Of a stretch of DNA of 64,000 nucleotides, positions 43,428 through 52,657 are shown one piece after another (position 1 is the first letter of the stretch; every line of letters starts with the position of its first letter). The DNA is taken from IMG/VR virus record IMGVR_UViG_3300029258_003221, positions 170,632-234,631 of that record, one strand, 5' to 3'. The notes beneath the pieces are model-generated. The model made no database searches and had not been told where the DNA came from. It saw only the letters and a list, made by a program, of their open reading frames with translations. The position numbers and the translations under genes are program-made.

Positions 43428-45128
43428 TTAAGCAGCACCGAAACAACGAGTCACAGTCATGTCTTTAGACTGCAAATGGTGCTTTTCTGCAAAGTCATGT
43501 AGGTCGTAAGCGTGATTCAGTCCCTCCTGCTCTTTGTAGGCTTCCTGAACAGCTTGTCGGAAGTCCATGATGTCCACACCAGTTGATGTGCCTTCAAGAA
43601 CATCCCGTTTCAAAGCAATCATCTTGGCACTTTCTGAAATCTGCTTCAGCATAGCACCATTGATCGTATCGGCAAATGAGAAGTCATGTTCATTGTTGAT
43701 ACGATACAACAATCGACTTCTACTAAAGATATCAGCAACTGTTACTGCTAATACCTGCTTCTTATCACCTTTGAACGGTGTATTAGAAGTATGAATCGCC
43801 ATTATGTCAAGAGCAGCATCTTCATCAGGACGATCAATTTTGATGTGATGAGAAATTCTTTCAGCACGAATCACTGCCGGGTCCAAAATATCGATTCTAT
43901 TCGTCATCAAAATGACAATTGGATTTTCTTTTGTTTGCTCTTCGTCCACGCCATCCATCTCACCCAAAAACATGGGGACCAATGTGTCGGCAATATCACT
44001 GGAACGACGTGTACCACGTTGTGGCATAATTGCATCAGCTTCATCAATGGCCAACAAAGCTGGATAACCATGTTGCCTGTAATGTTCACGTCCTCTGGCA
44101 AACAATCCACGAATTTCACCTTCAGAATTCCCCACATACATGTCAAGGATTTCCGGGCCTTTGACAAACAGATAACCTGTATCGATCACCTCTTTGCCAT
44201 GCACTTCAGCAATCAACCAAGCACAAAGACGAGCCAATAAAGTTTTTCCACAACCCGGTGGCCCATGCAAAACTGCACCTTTGGGTCTGCTCATCCCATA
44301 ATGTTCAAAAAGCTCAGGCTGAGAATAAGGCAACTCCAAAAACTCTCTGATCATTTCTTTTGGACGTTCCAGCCCACCAATACTGTCCCAATTGATGTTT
44401 GACTGATGGCCAAGCGTATATCTTTTTCGATTGTCTTTATTGAGCTTTTTGACAACCATCAAATAACCAGAGTCAACAGCTATTTTATCTCCATCTTTCA
44501 GTTCAATACCTTGTGGATTATACACAAGGTAGCGTTCACCTTTGTTGTTTATTTCGACACACTGATCAACCACGCCTTCAACAGTGCATATGGGACCACT
44601 GTTGAGATCATATTCAGCATGACCCACAATTTGGTTTTTTTCGTTTACTTTAACGAAATCACCGGGAGACAGGTCATAAGCAGGATGTTCCAACTCCCAA
44701 AGTTTCCCATCAACAATAGCAACAACAAACCGCCCATCTGATTTTTCTGCTAGATGAATTTGCTGAGGCTCATTGAGACCTATGCTGTATTGACCTGAGC
44801 CATCTTCAAAAGCAACAGTGGCTATTCCATCATTAACCTCTGTAATAGAACCAACTTTTTTGTAGTTGGGAGCTTCCTCATCGATAACCATCACTCGATC
44901 ATCTGGTTGGAAGGCAGTAACATCTACTTTGTTGTGAACAGTATGAACAACAGCGTAGCGATAAGGAACAGAACCCAATTGTTGGATAACTTCATGTTGT
45001 TCAATTAGCTTATCTTGCTGTTCCTTCAAAATAGCTCTTAAAGAGGCGACTTCTTCATTATGACGCCTTCGTTCGCTGGAGAGCTTTCTCTGTACTTCAC
45101 GTTCAATATGTTGCTGTTGTTCGTCCAT
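43428..45128 (-). CDS. ARC/Mpa/PAN-like proteasomal AAA+ ATPase
   Basis: N-terminal coiled coil + OB-like region; GPPGCGKT, VKGPEILDMYVG, IDEAD, TNRIDILDPAVIR; C-terminus CFGAA lacks HbYX. Confidence 0.85.
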   Translation of the reverse strand: MDEQQQHIEREVQRKLSSERRRHNEEVASLRAILKEQQDKLIEQHEVIQQLGSVPYRYAVVHTVHNKVDVTAFQPDDRVMVIDEEAPNYKKVGSITEVNDGIATVAFEDGSGQYSIGLNEPQQIHLAEKSDGRFVVAIVDGKLWELEHPAYDLSPGDFVKVNEKNQIVGHAEYDLNSGPICTVEGVVDQCVEINNKGERYLVYNPQGIELKDGDKIAVDSGYLMVVKKLNKDNRKRYTLGHQSNINWDSIGGLERPKEMIREFLELPYSQPELFEHYGMSRPKGAVLHGPPGCGKTLLARLCAWLIAEVHGKEVIDTGYLFVKGPEILDMYVGNSEGEIRGLFARGREHYRQHGYPALLAIDEADAIMPQRGTRRSSDIADTLVPMFLGEMDGVDEEQTKENPIVILMTNRIDILDPAVIRAERISHHIKIDRPDEDAALDIMAIHTSNTPFKGDKKQVLAVTVADIFSRSRLLYRINNEHDFSFADTINGAMLKQISESAKMIALKRDVLEGTSTGVDIMDFRQAVQEAYKEQEGLNHAYDLHDFAEKHHLQSKDMTVTRCFGAA

Positions 45129-45169
45129 CCTTGGACTCCTTTAGAGAGTGGACTTTATTAGACAACAGC

Positions 45170-45198
45170 ACTCTAAGTTTGATACTTAAAAAGGTCAA
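45170..45198 (-). promoter_or_regulatory. sigma70-like promoter
   Basis: TTGACC-17-TAGAGT. Confidence 0.65.
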
Positions 45199-45212
45199 GA
45201 TGAATCTTAGAA

Positions 45213-45249
45213 CAAAAAAAGGGAATAGGCCAAAAACCTATTCCCTTTT
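45213..45249 (-). terminator. intrinsic terminator (bidirectional-looking)
   Basis: AAAAGGGAATAGG/CCTATTCCCTTTT. Confidence 0.85.
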
Positions 45250-45265
45250 GAAAACTCATTGAAAT

Positions 45266-46000
45266 TTACGGCTCGGTGATTTTTACACCATTGTCCGTAT
45301 TTTCAATATTGAATGAATCACCAGTCATATTGGCTTCATGGAGAGTCCTACGAGCAAGTCGAAGATCACCATTTCTTTCAATCTTTCGCTGATCAATAGA
45401 AAGGTAACCCTGAAGCCCACTTGTGATGTTTGTCAGCAGGATTTCACCGTCGTTGATCACAACATTGACAGTGTCATTTGGCTCAATTTCAGCTTCACGC
45501 AGAAATTGCGTTCGGATGAACAAACCACCTCGGCAATTGGTCTTATAGGTGCCATCATCCTGCTCACCGCCAACATCATCTGCATCGTCATCAGAACCAA
45601 GCGGGCTGCTACCGCTGATTCCTGCTGGTGCAGACGTACAAACTGTCGGTGAGGAAGTTTGAGCTGCGACAGGTGATGAAGTTGATTGACCTTTGGAGTA
45701 TGAATCGGCCATTGGCTCATACTGTGAAAGATCATAGCCATTTGGGTGATAAACAAGGACTTGCGTGCCATTATGCAGCGAAGTCAGTGTTTTGTCCCAA
45801 TCACCGAAATCATCACAAAGTTCAATGAGACTGGGAATTTCATGAATCCCCTGACGATTGGGACCATGACGCATTTGAACACCTTCCCGACGACGAGTCT
45901 CAACAGTGAGATCGTAACCACTGAAAGGTCTGCCCTGCTCAACAAAGGCATCGATTGTTTTTTCGTACAAAGCTTCAATATTTGAATCTAAACGGCACAT
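45266..46000 (-). CDS. protein with two C-terminal AbrB/SpoVT-like modules
   Basis: RGGLFIRTQFLREAEIEPNDTVNV and NGDLRLARRTLHEANM swapped-hairpin-like repeats. Confidence 0.55.
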   Translation of the reverse strand: MCRLDSNIEALYEKTIDAFVEQGRPFSGYDLTVETRRREGVQMRHGPNRQGIHEIPSLIELCDDFGDWDKTLTSLHNGTQVLVYHPNGYDLSQYEPMADSYSKGQSTSSPVAAQTSSPTVCTSAPAGISGSSPLGSDDDADDVGGEQDDGTYKTNCRGGLFIRTQFLREAEIEPNDTVNVVINDGEILLTNITSGLQGYLSIDQRKIERNGDLRLARRTLHEANMTGDSFNIENTDNGVKITEP

Positions 46001-46066
46001 TTGGTTTCCTCCATTAGAGTTTCTTTGTTATCGACAAGAGCAGGCAATTTCTGTAGGACTTCTTAC

Positions 46067-46097
46067 ATTCTACGACCAAAAAATTAAATTGTAAAGC
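46067..46097 (-). promoter_or_regulatory. sigma70-like promoter GCTTTACA-N15-CGTAGAAT
   Basis: TTTACA-17-TAGAAT. Confidence 0.8.
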
Positions 46098-46106
46098 AAC
46101 ATAGAT

Positions 46107-46379
46107 TCATTTAGATGATTCTACAACAAACTGGAGAGCATCTAACGCCTTTTGTTTGTTGCCTTCACAAACCTCAATTAACCGTTCTGCCGCTTTAATT
46201 CGTCGATTATGGGGCGTTGCACCCACCCCTCTCATTTTACTCCAAGCAACCTGAAAAGCTCGTTTACGTCCTATAAACTGAGGGTATGTTTGCACAAGGC
46301 AATTCCAAGCATCATTGGCATGAATAATTGATTTGTCTTTAAGGATATTTCTCAACCCTTCAGCAACACTCTTTGCCAT
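46107..46379 (-). CDS. small basic hypothetical protein
   Basis: start set at ATG 46379. Confidence 0.7.
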   Translation of the reverse strand: MAKSVAEGLRNILKDKSIIHANDAWNCLVQTYPQFIGRKRAFQVAWSKMRGVGATPHNRRIKAAERLIEVCEGNKQKALDALQFVVESSK

Positions 46380-46927
46380 CACTGAATCCAATTCATTTGA
46401 TTCACTAAATCATCAAGTTCCATACCAGCAGTTGCTTTGAAGTTATTCTGACGAAAAGCCTCAAAACCGCTATTTGGACCATAGTTCATGATATGAACAA
46501 GCACACTCCCCGAATTCTCTGAATCAATGTGTTCGCCGGTCAAAGAACACATGCGAATTCTCTTGAGTTCTTCGTATGGAACATGAATCCCAAAACAATG
46601 CTGACACATCTTACGCTCTTTGGTGCTGTAAGAGCCAACAAGATGCACTTTGTCGATAAGGTGCTGAATGTTATAATTGACTTCCTCTTGCACTTCCCGC
46701 ACCAAAGCTTCCCGCAAAGTCTCTTCCCCATCGACTTTGCCACCGGGAAAACCAAACGTGCCATCCCACCGCAACTGCATCATCACCGTGGGAATAACTG
46801 TATTTCGGTGGTTCTCAGAAACATCTTTGTAGTTCCTGTAAGGTTTGCCATCTTCTGCATAGAAGGCTGCAAAGACACAATGAAATGCACCGGGAACCAT
46901 TTCTTCATTGCCAATCCTTATGTACAT
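46379..46927 (-). CDS. Nudix hydrolase, NUDT16/U8-decapping-like
   Basis: MMQLRWDGTFGFPGG (NUDT16 has MQMRFDGxxGFPGG); intact Nudix box GKVDGEETLREALVREVQEEV. Confidence 0.85.
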   Translation of the reverse strand: MYIRIGNEEMVPGAFHCVFAAFYAEDGKPYRNYKDVSENHRNTVIPTVMMQLRWDGTFGFPGGKVDGEETLREALVREVQEEVNYNIQHLIDKVHLVGSYSTKERKMCQHCFGIHVPYEELKRIRMCSLTGEHIDSENSGSVLVHIMNYGPNSGFEAFRQNNFKATAGMELDDLVNQMNWIQ

Positions 46928-47289
46928 CAGAAATTTGCTCCGCTACGGTGAAGTTTGTCGTAGAGATCGTTCCAGTCAATTTTATGAAACCGCTCCAAAT
47001 GATCGACAACACCATCACCCAATTTTTCCATATCGGGCATTTCACCATTGCGAATTCGATAAGCAGGTGTAGCCACAAGGCTGCAAACTTCAGCAAGTGC
47101 CGTTTGCTGATAAGAAGACAGGATCAATTGTCCAGCCAGAGCCATTTTGATCTCACGAGCAAAAGCGTTCAACACAGCCATTGCCGTGCGGAGTTCTTGT
47201 GCCTCCATCTCACCTGCATGAAGCAAGACCTCCTGCTCATTGGTCCATCGTTCAATGACTTTGTCGATCTCAGTTATGTCTTTTGACAT
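46927..47289 (-). CDS. hypothetical protein
   Basis: 120-aa ORF. Confidence 0.7.
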   Translation of the reverse strand: MSKDITEIDKVIERWTNEQEVLLHAGEMEAQELRTAMAVLNAFAREIKMALAGQLILSSYQQTALAEVCSLVATPAYRIRNGEMPDMEKLGDGVVDHLERFHKIDWNDLYDKLHRSGANF

Positions 47290-47361
47290 CGAAGCACCTG
47301 TAGAAAAGATTGACGGGGTGTTGGGGTTTTTTAGTTACACAAGCGAAGCAGCAACCCCTAA

Positions 47362-47757
47362 CTAAAAACTACTCTGATTAGTCAAACCCGCCAATCTCAA
47401 AGTTTCATTGATTTGAAAAAAGCTGTTTCTGAAATTGATTGACTCTATGGGAAATGCCAACTCTCTCAAATCGATACCGACTGTTTTCTTATCTTGTGAG
47501 ATTGACACTTTCCGAAAAACAAGATGCAACTCAGTTTCCTGTGGCAAACAGGCCACAACTCCACGAGGTGGTTTTTTGAGAAAACCTAAGAACAATCCAC
47601 GAAATGTCACAGTCTTTGAATCATCAAAACCAAACTGTTCTCTAAACCATGGGATGATCGTATTCTCTTCGTTGACAACTTCAAACTCAGCCCACTTGTT
47701 GATGTACTTCTTATAATGACCATATAGCCAACCAAGAGATGGAGCATTAAAAGTCAT
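47362..47757 (-). CDS. hypothetical protein
   Basis: 131-aa ORF. Confidence 0.7.
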   Translation of the reverse strand: MTFNAPSLGWLYGHYKKYINKWAEFEVVNEENTIIPWFREQFGFDDSKTVTFRGLFLGFLKKPPRGVVACLPQETELHLVFRKVSISQDKKTVGIDLRELAFPIESINFRNSFFQINETLRLAGLTNQSSF

Positions 47758-47978
47758 TCGGCGTTTAACTTTCTACTTGTCCAATCATGGAGCCAAAAGG
47801 TAAATCGATGAGGAAATAGACCAATACACATGTGTGCAAAACAGTTGTGAAACAACCACCAACAGTGGTGTTGGATCAGTGGAAACCGTTTCCCTTTGGC
47901 TCTGAATTTGTCGATACGTTTGTAGAAACGGCCCCAACTGCCGAGTTCTTCCGCTTCTTCTTCCTCAAACCCAAACAT
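47754..47978 (-). CDS. hypothetical protein
   Basis: 74-aa ORF. Confidence 0.7.
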   Translation of the reverse strand: MFGFEEEEAEELGSWGRFYKRIDKFRAKGKRFPLIQHHCWWLFHNCFAHMCIGLFPHRFTFWLHDWTSRKLNAE

Positions 47979-48156
47979 TGATTTTTCCCTTCACCGATTT
48001 TCCTGATTGCAATCGACTTTCGAGTCGCTTGACAACACAAGTGCCACAAAGTGGACCACCATCTGATGTTTTGATTCTATTCCATGTCTCATCAGAAACA
48101 ACAACGCTGACTTTGTAAGTCTTGCCACAGTTCTCGCATCGATGATCACTCATCAA
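47965..48156 (-). CDS. small zinc-finger protein
   Basis: CENC...LCGTC. Confidence 0.7.
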   Translation of the reverse strand: MMSDHRCENCGKTYKVSVVVSDETWNRIKTSDGGPLCGTCVVKRLESRLQSGKSVKGKINVWV

Positions 48157-49809
48157 TTATCTCCAAGAAACTTCTGCAAGATATTTGATCATGTGACGAC
48201 CCTTTTTGTAGATAATGAACTCGTTATTGGCAAGGTAGCCACCACTCATGCCGCCCTTACCAAACACGTGGTGAGTTCCTTTGCTGGCTGTCATACTTCT
48301 GCCGCCACCTGTACCTGCAATATCCGGCATTCCAAGACAAACATCACAAAGCATCATAAAAGAATGACGACCAGAAATTCCACCATCACCAGCATACATT
48401 GAACCCGATGCTGAACAATACTGCGAAGATTTCTGCCAGTCGTCAGCAAAGTAAATTCCCTGACCAAATGCAGCACCATTTGTAGCTACATTGACAAGTT
48501 CCTGTGGGAATCGGAAATTCTCTCTCAAGATACCAGCAACATTTACCGAACGAGTTCCGTGGAACAAAGCGGCAGTATTGGTTTCCCAATACTTTCTCCG
48601 TTGAGCTGGAGTCAAATCAGGACGCTTTTTGTCCTGATGTAACGGACGATCACCATCAGAAAGCTTTTTCATTTCTGATTTAATTTGATCCTGTGACTTT
48701 GTGAAAGTCTTGTCATCGCCATGACGAAGGACTTCCCAAAGATGATGAACGGTCAAAGAACCACGACCACCATATCTATTTTTGGTAGCTTCTTTCCACC
48801 AAGCATAAAGATACTTGCCAATTTCTGAAGTCTTAGAAATATGCTTCATATCCAAAGGCATTCCCGCCATCGGATCATTACCATCATCTTCAATGGTGAA
48901 ATCGCCAGTCTTCAAAGCAGATTCAAAAGCATCAATTTCAAGTTCCCACTCATTGATGTTATTCGCTGAAAGAATCCATGAGCTTTCATGTGCATTGAGC
49001 GGTTTGATTTTAGGAATCAACCCATACAAAGCATAAGTGATCTGCTTCAATTCCTGATCATTGACCTGATTGTCAACATCACCACCAACTTTGCCAACAC
49101 GTTTAAGTGCAGCCTGAAGCAAATCTCGACCCTGATCCAGTGCTTTCTGTGACGGAACAGTGCCTCCTTGAAGTGTGGTACGAGCGTGCTGAATCGTACC
49201 GCCAAGAAGATCACGCATTAGTTTTGAGGTTTCAATATCGCAGCGATTTTTGCTCTTGGCTTTGGTTTTCTTTTTAGAACCGTTAGATGAAGCAGAAGAT
49301 TGAGTAGAACCATCGTCAGCAGAAAGATTACGGGCATCTGGAAGACCCGTATCACGTGAGACGAGCGGCCTCACAGCGTACAGATCTTTCAGCTTACCCT
49401 TGCTATCTTTCTTTGGCACGAACATATCGATGCCGCCAACTTTATCCCATACACCTCGGGATGTATTCTTGGATTTACACTGCTTGACAAAAGCAGCCAT
49501 TGCCTCATCTTTGCTGGAGCATTGCGTAAACTGGAATGTAGGATTATTTCCCACACGACCAAACTCAACATAAAGATACCAGTCCCCATCTGGATCACTC
49601 ACCACAGCAGCGTGATAAAATTTATTTGAATCAACCTTACGAGCGCTGCCATCTTTGGAAACACCCTTTTCTTCCTGCTGAAAACAGCCCATATCGGCCA
49701 GCATACAGCCTTCAAACTTTGTATCTTCAGTGGCGACAGGACCATGACACTTAAAGTCATCAGGACCAAGACCTTTTGGGTATTCTTTTTTGTCGAGTTT
49801 AGTAGCCAT
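48157..49809 (-). CDS. poly(ADP-ribose) polymerase-like protein (WGR + helical + ART domain)
   Basis: WGR-like YVEFGRVG; helical domain ...LYGLIP; H-Y-E triad LFHGT / FGQGIYFA / NNEFIIY. Confidence 0.9.
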   Translation of the reverse strand: MATKLDKKEYPKGLGPDDFKCHGPVATEDTKFEGCMLADMGCFQQEEKGVSKDGSARKVDSNKFYHAAVVSDPDGDWYLYVEFGRVGNNPTFQFTQCSSKDEAMAAFVKQCKSKNTSRGVWDKVGGIDMFVPKKDSKGKLKDLYAVRPLVSRDTGLPDARNLSADDGSTQSSASSNGSKKKTKAKSKNRCDIETSKLMRDLLGGTIQHARTTLQGGTVPSQKALDQGRDLLQAALKRVGKVGGDVDNQVNDQELKQITYALYGLIPKIKPLNAHESSWILSANNINEWELEIDAFESALKTGDFTIEDDGNDPMAGMPLDMKHISKTSEIGKYLYAWWKEATKNRYGGRGSLTVHHLWEVLRHGDDKTFTKSQDQIKSEMKKLSDGDRPLHQDKKRPDLTPAQRRKYWETNTAALFHGTRSVNVAGILRENFRFPQELVNVATNGAAFGQGIYFADDWQKSSQYCSASGSMYAGDGGISGRHSFMMLCDVCLGMPDIAGTGGGRSMTASKGTHHVFGKGGMSGGYLANNEFIIYKKGRHMIKYLAEVSWR

Positions 49810-49866
49810 AGTAATTCTCCTTTGTCGCCATTATCGAATGATCAGGTGTCAAACTTTACTGGTTTA

Positions 49867-50334
49867 TCAAGAAACCCGATCAACCGCCTGCTCAATAAGT
49901 GCTTTTAAAGTGTTACAAGGTGTCTCGTTCGTTCTTTTTTCATACATGCGATCAAGATACCTTGTTTTAGGAGCACCATCAGGGCGACCATAAACAAATC
50001 GACCACAATTCAAATACATGCCAAATTCCACATTGGTAGTGAAAGCTGGCATGTTTTCCAATTCTCGTGGCACCCAAGCAGCAATGCAGCCTCTTTGAGA
50101 AGACAAAACCAGTGCCGCATCTTCCCAATCAACTTGGTCAATGTAAGTTTGAACAACCATTCCAAAAACCTCTGGGACAAACACGGTTCCCTTGAACCCC
50201 GTTTCTTCCAAAAGTTTAATTGCCTCTGGTCTCCATGATGGCACGCTTGGGCTTCTTGGTGTTGGCCCTACCAAGAAGATACAAGGCATCTGTTCGTCGT
50301 CAACCAAATCGCCGGGACAGATAATTCTCATCAT
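49867..50334 (-). CDS. nucleoside 2-deoxyribosyltransferase-like (NDT/TIR-like fold) protein
   Basis: IFLVGPTPR...SWRPEA...VFVPE...QVDWE...WVPR...TTNVEFG. Confidence 0.8.
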   Translation of the reverse strand: MMRIICPGDLVDDEQMPCIFLVGPTPRSPSVPSWRPEAIKLLEETGFKGTVFVPEVFGMVVQTYIDQVDWEDAALVLSSQRGCIAAWVPRELENMPAFTTNVEFGMYLNCGRFVYGRPDGAPKTRYLDRMYEKRTNETPCNTLKALIEQAVDRVS

Positions 50335-50957
50335 GATCCACCACCCACATTCCCATCGACATCAAGGTAACGACCGGGTTTGCCACGTTTGCCCTTGAAG
50401 TGTTCATTGATTTCACGATAAGCCACCCAAACATCCTGATCGTAGAATTCAGTTATCGCTTTGTGAAAGAAGGGAACAGCTTTGTTTAACACATGTGGTC
50501 GAAAGTGGTTGACATCCACTCCTACGTTGAATGAGTTCAATTGAACTTTCCAAGCTGAATGAATGTGTCCAACGAGATTGAAACGGTCGGCTCGGCCCTG
50601 TGTTGGATAGTGCGTAATCCAACAAGGAACACCTTCTACATCAATTTCAAGACCATCGCCTTCAGCAACGATTTCATCGAAATATTTTGATAGCTGTTCG
50701 TCGGTAAACACTCGGTCATGATTTCCTCGAAAGAGGATTTTCCGACCATTGAAATGACTCACCTGTGAGAGAAATTCAGGCGTGTTTAGATTTACAGCAT
50801 CGCCAACGACGTAGACTGTATCATCAGGTTCAACGAGTTCATTGTGCAGGAAAATAAATTCATCAACCATGTGCTGGGCACTTACAAAACCCGGACGCCC
50901 CATGATTTCAAATCGATCTTCGCCAAGATGCCAGTCAGAAGTAATGAAATCTGTCAT
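50331..50957 (-). CDS. calcineurin-like metallophosphoesterase
   Basis: SDWH, VGD, GNHD, THYP, GHIH, NVGVD. Confidence 0.9.
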   Translation of the reverse strand: MTDFITSDWHLGEDRFEIMGRPGFVSAQHMVDEFIFLHNELVEPDDTVYVVGDAVNLNTPEFLSQVSHFNGRKILFRGNHDRVFTDEQLSKYFDEIVAEGDGLEIDVEGVPCWITHYPTQGRADRFNLVGHIHSAWKVQLNSFNVGVDVNHFRPHVLNKAVPFFHKAITEFYDQDVWVAYREINEHFKGKRGKPGRYLDVDGNVGGGS

Positions 50958-50958
50958 A

Positions 50959-51165
50959 TCAACCCCGATAATCCCATTCCCATCGTTCATCTACGAGTTG
51001 ATTGCCATCCTTGCGACAGGAGTAACAAGCCATGGCACCATAGTCTCCTTTGAGACTTTTGGCTTCTTTGTTGCTGTCGGCAGTGTCGAAAACAGATGCA
51101 TCTTCTGTCCCCTGATCACCGCAAGCACGACTGTCATACAGAATGTATGTTCTTTCTTCAGGCAT
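50959..51165 (-). CDS. hypothetical protein
   Basis: start set at ATG 51165. Confidence 0.65.
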   Translation of the reverse strand: MPEERTYILYDSRACGDQGTEDASVFDTADSNKEAKSLKGDYGAMACYSCRKDGNQLVDERWEWDYRG

Positions 51166-51388
51166 GTTTTGATCTCGGTTCCTCAAACTTGTTGCGAAAC
51201 TCTTCATACTCACGGTAGAGCGTTTCGTGAATTTCATCGTGCCTATCGGTGTTGCGATAGACATCCATATACCATTCGTCAATCTTCTCTGGAGTGGGGT
51301 CAAACTCCGAATCGAGATTGTAGAAAATCCACCATGTGACCAGATCACGTATCTGTGGCCAAAGCTTCATCTTTGCTGCTACTGCCAT
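51158..51388 (-). CDS. hypothetical protein
   Basis: 76-aa ORF with AGGAG SD. Confidence 0.7.
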   Translation of the reverse strand: MAVAAKMKLWPQIRDLVTWWIFYNLDSEFDPTPEKIDEWYMDVYRNTDRHDEIHETLYREYEEFRNKFEEPRSKHA

Positions 51389-51410
51389 GATATCTCCTAC
51401 AAACTTGAAG

Positions 51411-51791
51411 TTAAATCCAAGAACATTTTACGAACGAAAAGTTGGCTTGTAAAGCAAACTGAAGCGTCACATTCCATTTTTCATCACATGAAGCCTCATG
51501 AGTGATTCGCAGATGAAGATCGCTGCCTCTTTTGTGAACTACCCCGACCCTAAAGAGGTCGGGGTAGTTCACCCAATCCGGCCTCATATCAGGCTTGCCA
51601 TCTTCAATCCATAATGACAAAGCAAAACAAATGCCTTCACCAAAATCACCATCGCCACCAAATTTGATATCGAATTACGGCTCAAGATATCTGGCTAATG
51701 CATAAGCAATGTGCATTGCTTCTTCATTGTGTTCAACTCCATTTTCCCAACGATCTTCAATGCGTTTAGCATAAGATTCTTTTTTAGCCAT
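51411..51791 (-). pseudogene. 126-codon gene with an internal TAA
   Basis: MAKKESY...YLEP*FDIKFGGDGDFGE...; TAA at 51675-51677 is in frame. Confidence 0.65.
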
Positions 51792-52377
51792 TATGATACC
51801 AATCAGTGTATGCTTTGATTGTTGTGTTCTTTGTGTTTCTTACAGAAGAAAGTCCTCTACATGGCATTTCATCATCATTATGACAAGATAAAGAAACGCC
51901 TTCTTCATCGAACAGTTTGATCATATTTCTTGCAGATGGCAAACAACCTAAATTTTGAGCCACTGTCGCATCTTTGTTTTCACCATCTCTAAAAGGACAA
52001 GCTTGACATCGCCTTAATGAAAATCCCTTGGATTCAATACGTTCAATAATAAGACGACGAGCTTCTGTGGTTGGTGACCAATTGTTCATTTGTTTATCAG
52101 GAATTTCACGAAAAGCACCGCCCATCCATGTTACATTGAAATCACGATCTTCACATTCAAGAAAAATTTCTAAGTAACGTGTGAGCAAGTAACCAATTTT
52201 ATCGTAAAAAAACCGTACATGTCCGGTGCCAAGCGTGAAATCCTTTGGAATTTTTCCTTCAAGGACTGCACGTCCTGAACGCACAGCATTTGGAATACGA
52301 ACAATTTCACGATGTTCTGCAAGAAGCAATTTATCTGGAAGTTCAAAAGGATGAACCCCAGCATTGATGCGTGTCAT
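51784..52377 (-). CDS. denV: pyrimidine-dimer DNA glycosylase (T4 endonuclease V-like) with Cys-rich C-terminal extension
   Basis: MTRIN...LLAEHREIVRI...FTLGTGHVRFFYDK; catalytic Thr2 and Glu retained. Confidence 0.9.
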   Translation of the reverse strand: MTRINAGVHPFELPDKLLLAEHREIVRIPNAVRSGRAVLEGKIPKDFTLGTGHVRFFYDKIGYLLTRYLEIFLECEDRDFNVTWMGGAFREIPDKQMNNWSPTTEARRLIIERIESKGFSLRRCQACPFRDGENKDATVAQNLGCLPSARNMIKLFDEEGVSLSCHNDDEMPCRGLSSVRNTKNTTIKAYTDWYHNG

Positions 52378-52387
52378 GACTTCCCTT

Positions 52388-52657
52388 TCATGTCACAGAG
52401 AGAATTTCCTCAATCGCCTGTTTGTGGTTCATTGCATTTTTCCACTCAGTGCGAACGAACTCTTTGTTTTCTTCTCGTTTAGTGGGTGTCACATTTTGCC
52501 GACCTCCACAAAAAGACCAGCCACACCCTCCACAAATCCATGTGGAGGGGTGCCAGCCATATACTTTCACCAAAAATCGCCTTTTCTTTCTACATGTCGT
52601 GCATTTGCGAACAGCACGAGCCACAAAAGATTTTGGGCGATAAATGTAAAGATTCAT
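52388..52657 (-). CDS. small zinc-finger protein
   Basis: CTTC...CGGCG. Confidence 0.7.
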   Translation of the reverse strand: MNLYIYRPKSFVARAVRKCTTCRKKRRFLVKVYGWHPSTWICGGCGWSFCGGRQNVTPTKREENKEFVRTEWKNAMNHKQAIEEILSVT

